A stretch of DNA of 53,220 nucleotides, from assembly GCA_002633005.1 (NCBI GenBank), contig NMRA01000022.1:760987-814206 (forward strand), read 5' to 3'. The translations under genes were made by a program, and so were the position numbers. Shown here one piece after another: positions 22,910 through 37,536 of the stretch. The stretch comes from Phoronis australis (lineage: Eukaryota; Animalia; Phoronida). Under the pieces are notes generated by a model. The model did not search any database. It was not told where the DNA came from and was given only the letters and a program-made list of their open reading frames with translations. Every line of letters begins with the position of its first letter. Position 1 is the stretch's first letter.

Positions 22910-25534
22910 GGTTCTATCTGCAAAGCACAGAAGAAATTGACTTACAACCTTACTACTGGTTGTATCGTATCGCATCGATTCAAATTAAACAAAACAAAAA
23001 TTGACACCTCCTTTCATGCGCCAATTGATTTTTAATGTCAAGTAAGTGAGCACTGCAGTTAGCAACAGAAACCGCCCACGACAATCGTCACCGCTCATTG
23101 CTACCCAAGTCTGACAATCTCTTTTTAGGGAGGAAATGCCTGTAAGCGCCTAACACTCCACCAAGGAGTGGAGTTTGGAAAACATGATGATAAAGGGGGG
23201 ATGTTTAGACAAATTGGCCTCACAAATCACACCATAATTAACAAACATTAGATAAGCTCCAACAGTAGTTCAGTGAAACCGAAATTGAAATTCTTTTGAC
23301 TACATTCACAATGTTTCAATTAACCTCAATCTGTCTGAGAATTAACCTAACAAGCAGAATTTTCACGCTCCAAGAACGAAGATAACAAAACACACTAATA
23401 AAACGATGCTAACAAAACGTTTGTTTCCAATACTCATCTGAAATGCCCACATGGGTAGTACTTTCACTCATAGGTGCAGTAGAACACATTTGTTCATCAG
23501 ACAGTGTTAATTCTGAACAACAGATAGGATTGACTATAAGTGTGACATATGTACCCTATCAAAACTGCCAAAGATTCAATTCACATTACTCCTAAAATCC
23601 CTGACAATCCCTATCAGTCTTGCCAGAGTGTCCAAAGCCAAGATAACACTGGTCAGCCACATACTCACAACAGGTTGTATGCTGGTGTAGAAATGACCCT
23701 AACTAATTCTGTGATTGACACCCAATCAAATACTGACAGACATTCCACATCTTAACAAACTGTGCCAAGAGGAATAAACAAAGAAGGGACTTAGAATACA
23801 CACCCTGCTCCCAAAGTAACAACAAGCCTTCTCTCATTTGTAGAGTAATAAAGGAAGAGGTATTCTACAATCATGCCTGCAATGAAGACAGCAAAATATC
23901 ACTAATTCGAGGCACAGTTTGGATGATAAGCGGAAATTTATTTTTTTATTATTCCCAGGAAAGAAATGAAACAGTCAAGTAACGCTTTTACATGTTCAAG
24001 GTTTGTACCATATCAACCACCAGACAATATTCACAAATACTATTTATCAAATCCCAGAGTTAGAAGGAACCACTTGGTCTGCCATCTGATAACCTCCATG
24101 TGAAAGGGAAACACTTCAATACAGGAAGTAGTCCAATCTGCACACATCTTTGAATATGAGTTGCCAATGACCAGACATATGGAAGTTAACAATGGCCTGA
24201 CAGGCCTTACTAGCAGGCGGTCCAGTCAAGGACTGTGTAAGTTTTGTGAACTGTTGTCATGGCAACAGTGGTGAACAACTCTGGATGACGCAAGTCTGCG
24301 AGCTTGGACCATGAAGTCATGCTAGGAAACGGAGATGAGAATAGCTTAAATAATGACTGATATGTCCGAATTGAGATCACAACTTGTCTAAGTTTGGATA
24401 CTTATGCTAAAAAAAGAGACAGAAGCTATGGTGAAGAAAAATAAAACCAGACAGAACTCGGCAGAGTCCAATGCACAAAAAAGGTATATGGTAACAAATG
24501 CGCCTATCTGGCAGCCATCATGTGGAATCATTAACGACTGACAGGCAGGACACAAAACAGTTGTTGTCCTGAGGAAGGCATTAACAAGCAATTGATGAAG
24601 GTTTAACAGGACAGCTGGTCTTAAATGGTGTTCACATACAAATGAGGCAGCCATTGGACAGGATGCAAAAAAACATCATCAAAGTTTTACCAGATTTAAA
24701 CCCCCATTCAGAAGTATCTATGGAAACCAAATGTTACCCTCGAGAGTAGACAGTATAACAACATTGAAAATGATAAGTGAATACTTGGGGAAAATAATGT
24801 CAATTCAAACTACCGGTATATTCATCAACAAAAACAGTTCATTACTTACCCTGCTCAAGAATAACAAAAGTGATCATTGTTATAAGTTTCAAAGACTGAT
24901 TTCCATGCTCCAAATAATGGAAACTAACATTTACACAATAGGAGCCATGGCAATATTAAAACAAAAATTTTATGAATCTTCACGTTTGACAAGAAATTTG
25001 ACAAAATGAAATTTCACTAGTCTGCCAAATTGCACTTTAAATAAGTTAAGAATTACTGTAATGTGATTGAGTGAAAGGAATGGAACATAATGAGGCCTTC
25101 ATGGAACAATGTTTTACATTGATAAGGTTATCCTAGTTACCTACACCAAAAAGACAAGACTTTCTAAACTGGAACACATTATTGGTAATGAATGAGCAAA
25201 TACCAGAAACTAACAATTAAATGCCCGATGGGGCAAAACCAGCCTTGTGGTTAGATCCATCAGAAGTTTGTTTAGCAGTTAGTAGTCAGCCATAAGTGGC
25301 GTGCCAACCATGCCTCGCTTATTAACCCGAGCATGTCAAGAGCTGATCCCGCATGAAGAGAGCAGTGTTCACTCATCATAAACCTTCTGACAGGTATGTG
25401 GTTGTAGGCATACCTGAGTTGTGTAGAGTAGCTGTGCATAATAGGGCTAAGAGTCCAACAGCAAACAATACCTAAAGAATCAAGTCTGGCAGGACAGGCA
25501 ACAAGATCTGGGCTACAGTAGACATGAAGTGACT

Positions 25535-25782
25535 ATGTATTTGGATCCTTACCGCATGTATTTGGATCCTTACCGCATGTATTTGGATCCTTACTGCATG
25601 CATTTGGATCCTTACTGCATGTATTTGGATCCTTATTGCATGCATTTGGATCCTTACTGCATGTATTTGGATCCTTACTGCATGTATTTGGATCCTTACT
25701 GCATGTATTTGGATCCTTACTGCATGTAATTGGATCCTTACTGCATGCATTTGGATCCTTATACTACATGTATTTGGATCCT
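25535..25782. repeat. 21-bp minisatellite, ~12 copies, in the presumed first FGFR intron
   Basis: atgtatttggatccttactgc units with C/T variants and a BamHI site in each; no unique spacers. Confidence 0.97.
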
Positions 25783-26724
25783 TGTGTTGCCATAGGAAAT
25801 ATGTGTATACTTCGTAAATACGATAACTCTCCATGCAAACTCAGACAAGTTATTCGTATGCTACAAATATTTTGCAAGCTCAGTTTAAATTCAACAATAC
25901 ATTAAATATAAAGTAACCATGAAAAGTTCAAAACAACTTTTTATTCCAAACCTTGACCTGTTGAACTTAATATGCAATTGAAATTTTACCTCTTCTAAAC
26001 AACAAAAACTTGGCTTGGTGAAAAGGCAATCCATCAACGGGTGACACGCTTTCTACAGTAGATATATTAAGGTCTACTATAAAATTGAAATCGCATTTAA
26101 CATCTGAAAAAAATAGTGCCATTACGAGAATATAATCAAAAACAAATGTCCACACTTGACTAAATCTTTCTAAATGTCTCAGATTAAGGTCAAAAGCAAG
26201 AGAGCTTTACATTTGCTACATCTGCATTCTATATGAGATGCAGTGGACCATAAAACTGTCACAAGATTAGACTAATTCTTAATTCACACAGTCACTCATT
26301 ATCTTAATTAGAGCTGGAAAATAAAAACTTGTAACTGCACAGTAGATACTGTTTGTGTGCCCGGTCAGGTTGGTCACGCTGTTGGACACGAGCCAAATTT
26401 ATGAGACCCCCGTGGAGACACGGACCTGCCTGGGATTCTCGATAGACCCTGGATGATTTTCAAGGAGATCGTAGCGCTACTCAGTATGTCAGGTCTAAGC
26501 GTACTGCGTGATTCACATCAGTAGACAAATAGTGTATCGTAATACAAGGTACACAGACAAACACTGCAATACAAACAGATTCAGCCTCACCTGGCCAGGC
26601 AGGTGAGAACGCTTAGCACTGTCAACTATGACAAAGTCATCATGGGGGGAAATAACTGAACCAAATTAGGACTGACAACCAAACGGACCATTCTTCCCGA
26701 AACAAAAACCCTGCCATGCCGTGC

Positions 26725-26885
26725 AAATATGTATTAAAAGGTGTTATTCTCCATTCCAAAGACCAGACAATGTGGGTGGGTTTAATGGATCCAAAGTTTT
26801 TTTTCAAAATGACAGGTCATAACAAGTCTACTCAAATATGTATTAGAGGTTCTATTCATACTTCTTAAAACCATACAATAGGAGT
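26725..26885. repeat. Old diverged direct repeat (~108-bp period)
   Basis: caaatatgtatta(a/g)a.gg...attc...acca(g/t)acaat at ~26725 and ~26833. Confidence 0.6.
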
Positions 26886-29800
26886 TTGTAAGCAATAAGC
26901 TACCATATGACCTAAGCTGTTTTTCAAAACTAACTGATCATACCTGGTGTTCTTGGAAGAGCCAATCTTGTAATCCGTTCACAAAAGTGGCAGAAAAACA
27001 TGTCACGTTTAAGTTTCGCGTGTTAGTATTTAGGCTTGAAGTACACACAAGATGATGATATGTGTAAAAGATACCTGCCTTGTTAAGCTTCGCTTGCCCA
27101 CTTTTTGTCCAAGATAAAATGTGGTAGAAACTAAGTCTTAATTTAATTATAACTTTGTAATAATATTTCAATAGCAAATAGATGGACTGCGGATTGAATT
27201 CCGCGTCAGCAGTGGCATAATAAGTCGTTCTCCCTATGCCTGGCTGAACATAAATGATGACGCATGGAATAACAAAAAACACATGACAACCAAAACTTGA
27301 TACTCGGCACTTATTTCAAATGACTTTTTGTTCAAACTGACAAACACGCTGAGAACAACATCCCATCTATTTTTAACAGATTTACACAAATTACAGTGGG
27401 CAGAACATTCGACCATAAAGTGACTGTCTTCGTCCTTGGGCATACCCCAAAGATAGGGTGTCCAGAATTATGTGGCAAAAGACAATTCAAGCAAATATTT
27501 CTGAATCATCTCAATCACTAAAAGTGGCCCGACTACTAACAGAGCCCAGGGCATGCAGGACTTGAGATGGATGGCCTACTAAATGGCCATTAGGAGATGA
27601 CAGGGACTTTTGTGAGCTGAAAGGGGTGAAACAGGCACTCTGCCTTATTATCATATCAAATGTGCTGACTCACATTCCATGTTAGCTAGCAAAATGGGTA
27701 AATTTGGTGATGAAATGCACATTCAATTCTATCTTTGCATTATGAAAAAATGTAGGATAATTCCTCAATTACCACAGCAATGGAGAGCTATTTCTGTGAA
27801 AAAGACGGATACTTGTAAGTGAATAGATTGTTTTGGCTACTGTTACCAAATATATGTTAATGTTATCACAACAGCTACAGAACAGCGATGAAGATAAAAA
27901 AACAATCCCTGCAGCGATTAATAAATAGTAGTAAATCTAGACCAGGTATTTAGGATAGACAACACTTCACAATTAGCCAAATTAACCGTAACTCAATACC
28001 AAAGCCTAAAAGCACTGCTGTCTAAATTAACTTTCATACCAACTCAACAGTCCAACCTTTTTATGATACTCATAAAACAAGACATCTCTCAGTGAATGAC
28101 TTCCTAACAAGGGTGACCACAGTGGGAGACCTGGACATCACAGCAGGCTACACTGAACAACTGCTGTGAATTCAACTTGTCCCCTTGGCATGAATCAGTT
28201 GATCCCACATTTCATCAAACACTGTTATCAACAATGAACCCAACTTTTATTATCATTTGAGTTTCAACACTGCTGATTGGAGCTCCTTGAAACCACCCCT
28301 TCAAGACGGGCAACTGTTTACAACCTTTGGTGCCGCACATCTATGACATAAACACCAAGGGTTTATCATTTAAATTGCCTATTTCTACTATAAATTAAAA
28401 CAATAAAAGACCGTCAACCAAAATGCTCTTCCCAAGATATTATTGTCGCTGCCCCATTAGAGGAACTTTGGTTTACTGAAGCTTTCCTGAATCTTCACAT
28501 ACCTAGACAGCAATACCAACATTATCACTAAGACAACAGACGATACAGTTCATTCGTACTCTCAAACGACTATTGAGTAGTGGGTTAGAGGCTAACTGAA
28601 AACTGTTCTGCCTTTTACGAGTGTTCATGAAAATGATCAGTGTCATTCCTTCATCAGATATGCATTCTTTTTATTTATTTATTTATTTACGGGCGTCTAT
28701 TGAGAGCACTATGTCACAATATTAAAGAACACCTTTTACGAGTCTCGTGTGATCATATATCGTTGCCGCGACCTCTACCGATAACTTCGGCAAAGTTTTG
28801 TTCTGACCTTTCTCACTACACCAATGTTTCTATGTACCGAATCTTCGCTTTTAAATCCCGCTATTTTCAGCTACGATTTGCTTGCAAATTAAGGAGGTTA
28901 ACCTCTAAACTTCAGTAAAAGAGACTTGTGACACCACAAGTTTCATCAGCTCTTTGATTATCAACTGATGATGGAAGAATTTCATTTGCCTGTCAGCATC
29001 AGAACTTGCCATGCCTTGTTCACAGTTTACACCATTAATATTAGCCTAGTTAACTGCCAGACATCCAGACTTTATCCCCAGTTCACCCAAACCAGACCAT
29101 CCACATTCTAACAACCCACATGGCAGGGTCTGTGTACAACATACCTAGGGCAAACCAACAAACAAAAATCTTCATTTTGTGTACTTTCTGATAAAGCAGA
29201 GCCAGAAAATGGACATTAAACTCAAGTACATCCCCAATTTGTTATTTTAAGGTTTTCCTTATTTATAAGTTATAGATAAGAACAAGTTTGTTTTATCCAA
29301 ACAAAACCTTCAACTGCCATGAAATACCCAATGTAATTATTCAGTACCTTGGAAAAATTTCACTAAATCGAAAATATTAAAATTTCCCTTGTCATTATTG
29401 GTGATAACAATCCCATTTAAATGAACTTAGATTCTGAAGACCAATACCTTGCTTTGAGACAGTTTAGGATCTTCACAAGAGGACAAATGTGTGGTGCATT
29501 CATTGTTACTGACTACAAAATTTCGTTATTAAAAACTTGGAACAAACATAAAGAAAGTGACAAATGACAGGGGTCTATCAAAAATCTGTAAATTAGTAAT
29601 GTACCAGTATCAAATTCATTTTTCAATACCATTTCTTCTCAACATCAGTCACTCAAGTAAAGCAAATCGTGCAGGCCCAACTCTCGTCCTTAAAAAACAT
29701 CTCTATTAATATTGCCCTGCACTTTTCACTTGATGCCAGATGGAGGTCACACCAACAACCATTGTGTGGAACAATAGAGACCACTGTACACCAGTAACCA

Positions 29801-32800
29801 CATAATCACCTGGCACAGCTGATGAGGCAGAGATGACACTGCATAAGGGAGTACCAGCCATTTAAAATTAATGAATTAAAAATCTATCAACTCATAAAAC
29901 TGCCTGAATATTGATACTTTTGACATATTTGAGCATTTAACTTTTAAAGCATAACCAAGAAGTTTCAAAGCAATACAACATCAACTGAACAAGCATTTCT
30001 GTGCTTACTTCAAATACAAGAAGAAACATTGACACAATTGCAGCATGTTGTCAATTGGATTATGCTTAATTTTCATAAATACAACAACCTAGCCACCATA
30101 TAAACCCTGTCATTTGAAGCAAAACCACAACCTAGAATAACCATGAGGATCAAACAAAAGTCAAATATCTGAAATGTTTCCACCCTACCAAGGCATTTAT
30201 GTGCTGATTGTCAAGTTTTCGAAAGGCATGTCAATGAGGAATGTTGACGACTCCCAACACAGAGCAGAATGGAGCCATTCATGTCAGTATTTATAGAGAG
30301 CTGGCCCAGTGCCACAGTGACCACATTGGTAATGACAAGCAGATGGGGACAGAGGTGGATGTGGTACAACCATCAAATGACCAGTGGCTAATTAGACAGC
30401 ATACCTAATGGAACATCAATGACTCACAGATGAGACTGGTGAGGCAAAAACATAATCCAATCTGGAGGCTGTCTTCCAGGGATGTAATCCAATTCATAAA
30501 CTTCACCACAAAGTGTGTCTCCCTGGTAAACACAAACTACTAATTTCACACTTTTAGATCACACACATGCACCCAAGACAGTGTCTGGCATTTTCGACAC
30601 AAAGAGAAGGAAAATTGGAACTCTGAATGAAGTCACCTAGAATTGTGGCGTTAACAAACCTGGCATGTGGTTGGTTTAGACCACCTGCAGTAAATGATTA
30701 TGCCTGAGAAAAGCAGGGCATTTCATCAATAACTTTTTATGAGATAGAAAATATGTACAATACGATAATTGCCAAACATCTCGGCTTCATGACTTATTGC
30801 ATAACATAAAGTAATCTTAAAGGCAGTACTAAAGATAAAGAATCACCAAGTGATCCTTCTAACCAAAGGTGACTACGGTAGTAAACCATGTCTTGACCCA
30901 GGCAGCATATTAAAATATGAAACGAAGCGTTTTGTACTACAAGCGAAATATCCCCATGAAAAGCAAGGTGGATTGTTGCTTTGAAATATCACTGCATAAT
31001 TTACCCAAAGCTTTAGGGATCACTGGATACAAAAGACTTGAAAGCATAAATCACTGAAAAATGAAAAGCCTTGTCCAGGGGCTGGAAGGCAATAAAACCC
31101 ATAAAGTTTCAGTCAACAATGCTGGACCAGCAGCAGCTTGTATGGACTTCCCCAGGTCAGTGCTTCCAACAACATCCATTTTACCAAGTGGGTTTAATCC
31201 TCTTAACTTCAACTATATCATAATCCAAGCCAGGCAAAAGTGATGACAATGCTAGGAAACTTCTCAATCACTCCCAGGTATGTGTAGCATTTCAGTTGCT
31301 GCATTCATTGAATATTTTTTACATGAGCTGCTAATAGTGGGGGTCAGATACAGGCGAAGACAAAGTGGTACAATGGTCCCTTGTGCACTGATTGTGAAAC
31401 AAGCAGTGTTGGCCTGCACAAACACAATGTTCACCAACACAACCTGGTGACTAAGGCAGTGGTGAATTTCTCACAGCCAAGCTAAGTGAAAACAGGTGGC
31501 TGGTTCAATCAAGGTCTTTCCTTCATTTCTAATGGTGTAACTTTCCTAAACACAAAGCCAACTCAAAGAATACTTTATTCTTTATAGAAAGGATATGCAG
31601 AGATTTTGTTATTTTCTCTAGGTCTTGGACATATGTCCTGATGTGTCAAAATCTGTCAGAACATTTTAAAAATCAGGAAGACAAAATTCGCCATTGGGGG
31701 AGGGGTTCAAATAGGATTCCAGAACTGGGAAATCAAATTTTCCAAAAAATCCTACCTAACATGCCTTGTTCCCATCACATTGGCGGTGCGTAGGTAGCCA
31801 GTGGCCGTGGCCCCCATGCGGTGCTGTATACACCCATCTAATAGTGGAGTACAGTTAAATGGAAATAAAAGTGTCATTGACATAACATAAACCTATTTAT
31901 TAAATTACTCTAAAATGGAGTCATTTTAGGCCTATTTGAGGCTGATGACATGACTCTGTGTTCATCACAATGTGTCAAATGCACAAGTCATTTCATAACA
32001 AAATACAGAGACGACACTGGCTGTCCGAATTGCCGGTATTACTCCTTCCGTAAACGCAAACTTCGCGCACTGCCACTGCCAAAGTAAAGAGTTATTCACA
32101 GGGGGGTATCCATTGATATTGGATCAGCCAATGAAACGTTTACAAATTATTAAGATGAGCTCAATTTCGATTGGCTGATGACATGAGAAATGCACCAAAA
32201 GCAACCAATAGTGTTCGTCTAAGTTTGAAATGGCACAAGCAACACCCAAAAAGATAGGACTATGGCGAACAAACTTCGTCTTAAATTGATCAGCAGAGAA
32301 AACAGATTAAAAACTTTCGAACGTAGTAATTCTTTGCCTTGAATCATAAAGTTCGCGACAAACACGAAGAACAAAGTGCATGAATTCTGTCTACACCATT
32401 CCCAAAAATTGACCAGACATTCTGAAAATAAATCGGACCCAGTCTGATGGTCAACGCTTAACAAAATCCTTGGAACTGTAACACGTTGCCTTAGATACAA
32501 ACAGGAATCAGTTACTAACTTGCATCATGTCTTCACCTTTGAACATGCGATAGCTTACAGAACTCAAAAATCCCAGGACAGTCCTGAATTACCTATTCGT
32601 AGTAATGCTGTCCAGATGACATAGCCCACTTTCACCATTTCTGAACATACATTAGCAACACCAGCTAATAGTTCTCAACTTTCCAAACGCAGACTGGTTC
32701 AAGTGAGTGACTTTTCTCAAATTCTGATGATTCACATCTATTCAAGTTTTATTTATTATTTTACGTTTGAAGAGAAGGAACATTGCTGTTGGCCATTTCA

Positions 32801-35800
32801 GCAAAAACAACAAGCGAACAAGAGTGTCCAGCATCGTGTCCAGCATCGGTTGCATTTCCATTCCATAACACATTAGTTTGAACACCTGAAGGGTGATAAT
32901 AATCAAGCCGCTTCTGTCACAACAAATTGATTTAGGACACTCACCGGATAAAATGGATCTAATTTTGTTCTTTTCTCCAGTGATTTTTAAGTTTGAGGAG
33001 AACAGACAGTTCATTAATACTTTAGACCAAACTCATGAATACAGCTCGTCATCAGGGAATTTCGGCCTTCCACAACAAATTTCAGTTCAAACAAATGAAA
33101 GGATACCAACACGATGATGACGTTACTTTAGAAGAGCAAATACTGTTGTGAATAAAGTCTGACACCAGATCACCAATTATAGCAACTTAAAAAAATATCA
33201 AACTTGAGCAGTCTTAAGTGTTCTACCTTGTGATGCACTGTAGCTAAAAACATGATCCTTTATTGTAGTCAAACCAAAATGATAATTGCATTTAGGTACA
33301 GTAAAAAAGAGTATTCAAAGCAGAGACGTTTACACTCAGAAAACAAGATGTATACCTATGGGATTCAGATATGAGAATTACTGTTAACTGATCAACTTTC
33401 CAATTTATGGCATGGCAGATTGGTTAATACTTGGGCCTTTCAATGATCCCGGAAGGCTGCGGCTTCGTAATGTTAACATTGCCAATCACAATTCTGGGGT
33501 AGGTTCTTCAATATGGCCCAATGAAACTGTTGAAAAAGATGGGAGTTTTCAGAACTTTGTCTAAAACAGAATCTCTAAGATTCATAAATGGCAGTCTTAT
33601 AATTTGCAGCTCTTAAAAAAGAACGTTCTCAATGGTTTCAAAATCACACAAGCACGTGACTTCTAATTTTGAAGAAAAGTTTCCAGTGTTTTCAGGAATT
33701 TTTGCATCACCTGAAGATGTCTGATTAATGTAGCAGTGTGCTTGGAAAATACAGTTTGTGGACAACGAAACTCTCTATAACGACAGCAAACCATCCAACA
33801 AGAAACGGCCATGTCCAAGTAATTCATAAAATATGTCAGTCAAACCAAACCATATTCTGTCCAGCCATACGCAATGCACTTACAGACATACAGGCACACA
33901 CCCAACATAGGAAGGGCTGCACACAGCTATGGACGAATTACATTCAATGAAGTCAACCCAATGACTTACAGAACTATCCATTCAACAGCTGAGGTGAAAC
34001 AACATGTAACTGAACTATGAAAACAGACCCCAACATAAAATCTTACCCAAACACCAAACTGCATTGTTATATGAAATCTGGTACAGCCAAGACAAGAACA
34101 TATTAAATTCTTGTTCCAATAAGACATTCTGAAGCTGCGATAAGGCTGGGAATTTGGGGCTCATACCTGAAGCAAACTCAGCCCTAGTTTGTTACCAAGT
34201 GAAAACAATCGACTGTGTCTAAGACTTGCAACGCAACGGGAATAAAGGATAGGCAGTGGATAATCTGAGAAAACACCATTCCCTGAGAACTGTACATGCT
34301 TGGTTGTTACAAGGGATTACATGACAGAATATGTTTGTAGCTTGCCTAGTCATAGTCTGAATCATAATGCTGGTGATATCAAACTAACTTCCATCACGTC
34401 TCCATAAATGTTCTCTATCATACAAAATCTACAATTGCCAAAAATTGGTTGTTGGTTTGTTGAAAGTTTCTAAGACACAATTCAGTGCTACATTTCTAAG
34501 CATAGTGATCAGAATGTAATCAGAAGAATGAAAATATAATTGGGACATAGATGATATTGGGATCTATTTATCAAATTGCTGTCACTGGATTTTGTATTAA
34601 CACGGTCTGCAGATTGTTCACAAACTTGCCAAAAAACACACAGCCACAACATTTTTGTGCATTTTCATTGCTTGAAATATGGAAGAGAATGTTAGTTGTT
34701 GACAGCAATTCCTGGTTTGGGACACAATATTCCCTACTTCTAAAATTTGGCACAAGCTCCGACCTTGAGCAAAATAATGAATTTTTCATTGTCCCAAACT
34801 GGAGAATTTTTACTGTTAGGTGGAAGATAATGCACATATTCACATAAACCGACTTGTTGAACATCAACAAAACATAAGTACGTAAAGTAAACCAACTCAC
34901 ATAAAAATATTCCCAAATGAGGACTTTCTTTCAACTCATCCAATTTTGTTTCAGAATAAACTGAATTTAGCACATCATTTTCAAATTTAAGTTTTGAATT
35001 TCTGGTGGTGCATCACAAACTGACCCATGAACAAGTTAAATTTCGCTTTTTTAATAAATGTTGATATTGCAGTAAAAATGCAGCAAATACAAACAAGGAT
35101 CACAAAACTTCTTTATTCAAATTTATCTTTCGAAAAATGAACTGGTGAAAGCAAAAGATGAAATTAGAGGGTCTTCAACATCCAGTGCTAACAGTAACAG
35201 GTTTCCAACAGTCAAATTTCTTGTCAAATGTTAGGATACATGAAAAAAGTATAGTGGCTGACACAGAAAGCTCACCAGACATAGCCCTCAGAGCCTAATT
35301 GTCTTTACCAACTCCAAATTAACACAGACACTTCACAATTGACACCACTAACCGAATGAATAGCGCCCTTTGTTCTTGGTAGCACAGTCAAGGCATTTAA
35401 ACATATGAAATGACAACACCTTCAAATAATTAACAAGAATAATTTGCAACTCCTGTCACTTTCGCAGAATTTCACTTCTGCTTACAAGTAACAGAAATAA
35501 TACCAAAATGCCGCAAGACAGCGATATTAATGAAACGGTTTCAGTTATTACAGATGAAAAAGCTTTCAAAACGAATGAGAGTTCAATGAACAGTCACTGT
35601 ATAAAAATGTTCATGATGTGCACTAGATGGAGTGGGTGGAGGGAGGGAGCTTGCAGTGATTGACATCAGCTGCATGCTCCAACAAAACAATATGGTAAAA
35701 TATCACTGATTTCAGATACACAAACCACTTAAGACAAGAAAAAATGTTTTCTTCTAGTGATCAATTGTTGTTCATCATACAACCTATTTTCAGATATAGT

Positions 35801-37057
35801 GGCGACATGATGATAGGTATATTGTGTGAAATGTCACCCAGATTTTACGTAACTTGGTAGAAAATTTGAGGAATTCCAGTGTTTTTTAAATTTCTTTGTC
35901 ATCGCCATCCCTGCCTTGCCATTAAATGACTATTATTATTATACAGATGATCAAATGATCTTTGTAAAAATGTCTGCCGCTAAACTATGTTTCCTCTTCG
36001 TAAATTCTGTCCATCATGATTGTCAGAATTTGAAAGGGTCAAACAGAAGTCGCTTTTGTGCTCTCACAAAGCCAAAGCTATGTATAATGAATGTATCCTA
36101 ATGTGCCTTTATTAAAAGTTTAACGATATCATGCCACGATGGAATCACAAAAGTGAAAGGCGAATGTTTCGCATCTTTGCTCAGCAAATGGCAACTACAG
36201 TGATTGGTCAGTGAGGTTGGAATGATGAATTATGGGATGAAACTCTTTAGTTACAGGACAGAATTTACTGTTTCCTTCCATATGCAAACATTCCTTGTCA
36301 CAAATGCACCGTTGATACGAGTCTACGAAATGCAGGCCTGTTGTTCACCCACCTTTTCAGTGACACCTGTGGGCATGACGTGCAAACCCACAGCCATGGG
36401 TAATCCTTGAACTACCCAAAGGAAATTTTAAATTCAAGAAAACAATTCAGAAGAACTGCTGTTGCTAATTTGTAATTCATCAGCAAACTTCCACTTTTAA
36501 AATGTCCCTAAACCACCAACGCATGTGCCCACAACTGACTCAGTACAGGGCAACTTCCTCTAATTCACATCACCACAGTTGGTAAAACGATAAACATTAA
36601 AAACACATCACAAGCAGCCCCAAGCCTACAAACAATGAGTTAAAGCCCTTTACAACCACTGCTTGCAAGCCCTACTGCTGTGTCATTCTACCAGTGGCAG
36701 AAATGTTCCAGTCAGAAATGCAGGAATGAAATTCAGACAAGTTCAAGTGCTATGAACTGATATTCGTTCCAAGGCAAGTTTGGCAAAATCTCGCAAGATC
36801 ACCCCAGTGATAAGCTAGTGTTCTACAAGCAAGTTTGCGACATTACTAATGTACACAAGCAAAATGTTCGCTACTCAAATGATTGGTCGGTGAGGTTGGA
36901 ATGTTTAATTGACTACATATTTACATTTCCTAATCGAAGACTTCGATAGCTAAGCGGAACATTCCCCAATCAGACTCTTCCAATTTTAAGAAACTTCAGA
37001 TAGGCTCAACTCTCCCCCTCCCCCCAAAAAACTTATCACTACTATACAACTTTTTGA

Positions 37058-37103
37058 AAAGTCAACATTAATCAAAATACAAAGTCAACATTAATCAAAA
37101 TAC
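37058..37103. repeat. 23-bp tandem duplication
   Basis: aaagtcaacattaatcaaaatac x2. Confidence 0.9.
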
Positions 37104-37462
37104 TACCACATATGTCTTGCGCATGTTAACACCTTCCCCAGTCCCCATCCTGATGAACAGCTACATAAAGAGAAGTCCAAACACCAACCAATCTCTAATA
37201 ATAAACAAGCAGCCCCAAATCCCCTCCCTATAATCCCCTACCACTCCCCTAGCCAGTCTTTCATCAGCCCAGTCCACTGATAATCCCACCCTGTAACCTA
37301 TGTCACATCCTCAATTAGAATGCATAGGACTAGTCAATTAACAAACAGTGGAAAGGAAGTGGGCCATTGACAAAAGATACAGGTAAGGCATTGTGGCTAG
37401 ATTACATAATGCCAGGGTACTATCAGGTGTAATGAAAGGCAATTTTGAGCTAAATGACCCAC

Positions 37463-37536
37463 AAGAAAGTGATATATCAGGTCTTTGAATCTAGATGGAA
37501 GAAAGTGATATATCAGGTCTTTGAATCTAGATGGAA
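37463..37536. repeat. 36-bp tandem duplication
   Basis: aagaaagtgatatatcaggtctttgaatctagatgg x2. Confidence 0.95.

Noticed and set aside
22642-23004. 120-aa plus-strand ORF
   Set aside because: It is the antisense shadow of the FGFR signal-peptide exon.
25472-25905. Repetitive ORFs (MYLDPYC)n and (HAVRIQI)n, or a CRISPR-like array
   Set aside because: These are products of a 21-bp minisatellite. The units are contiguous with no unique spacers, there are no cas genes, and the context is eukaryotic.
26355-26520. GC-richer patch considered as a tRNA or SINE
   Set aside because: I could not find a cloverleaf or clear A and B boxes.
34155-34185. Possible recursive splice site (tttgcttcag|gtatga on the minus strand)
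   Set aside because: The pyrimidine tract is short and the donor non-optimal; such a site is expected by chance in an 18-kb intron.
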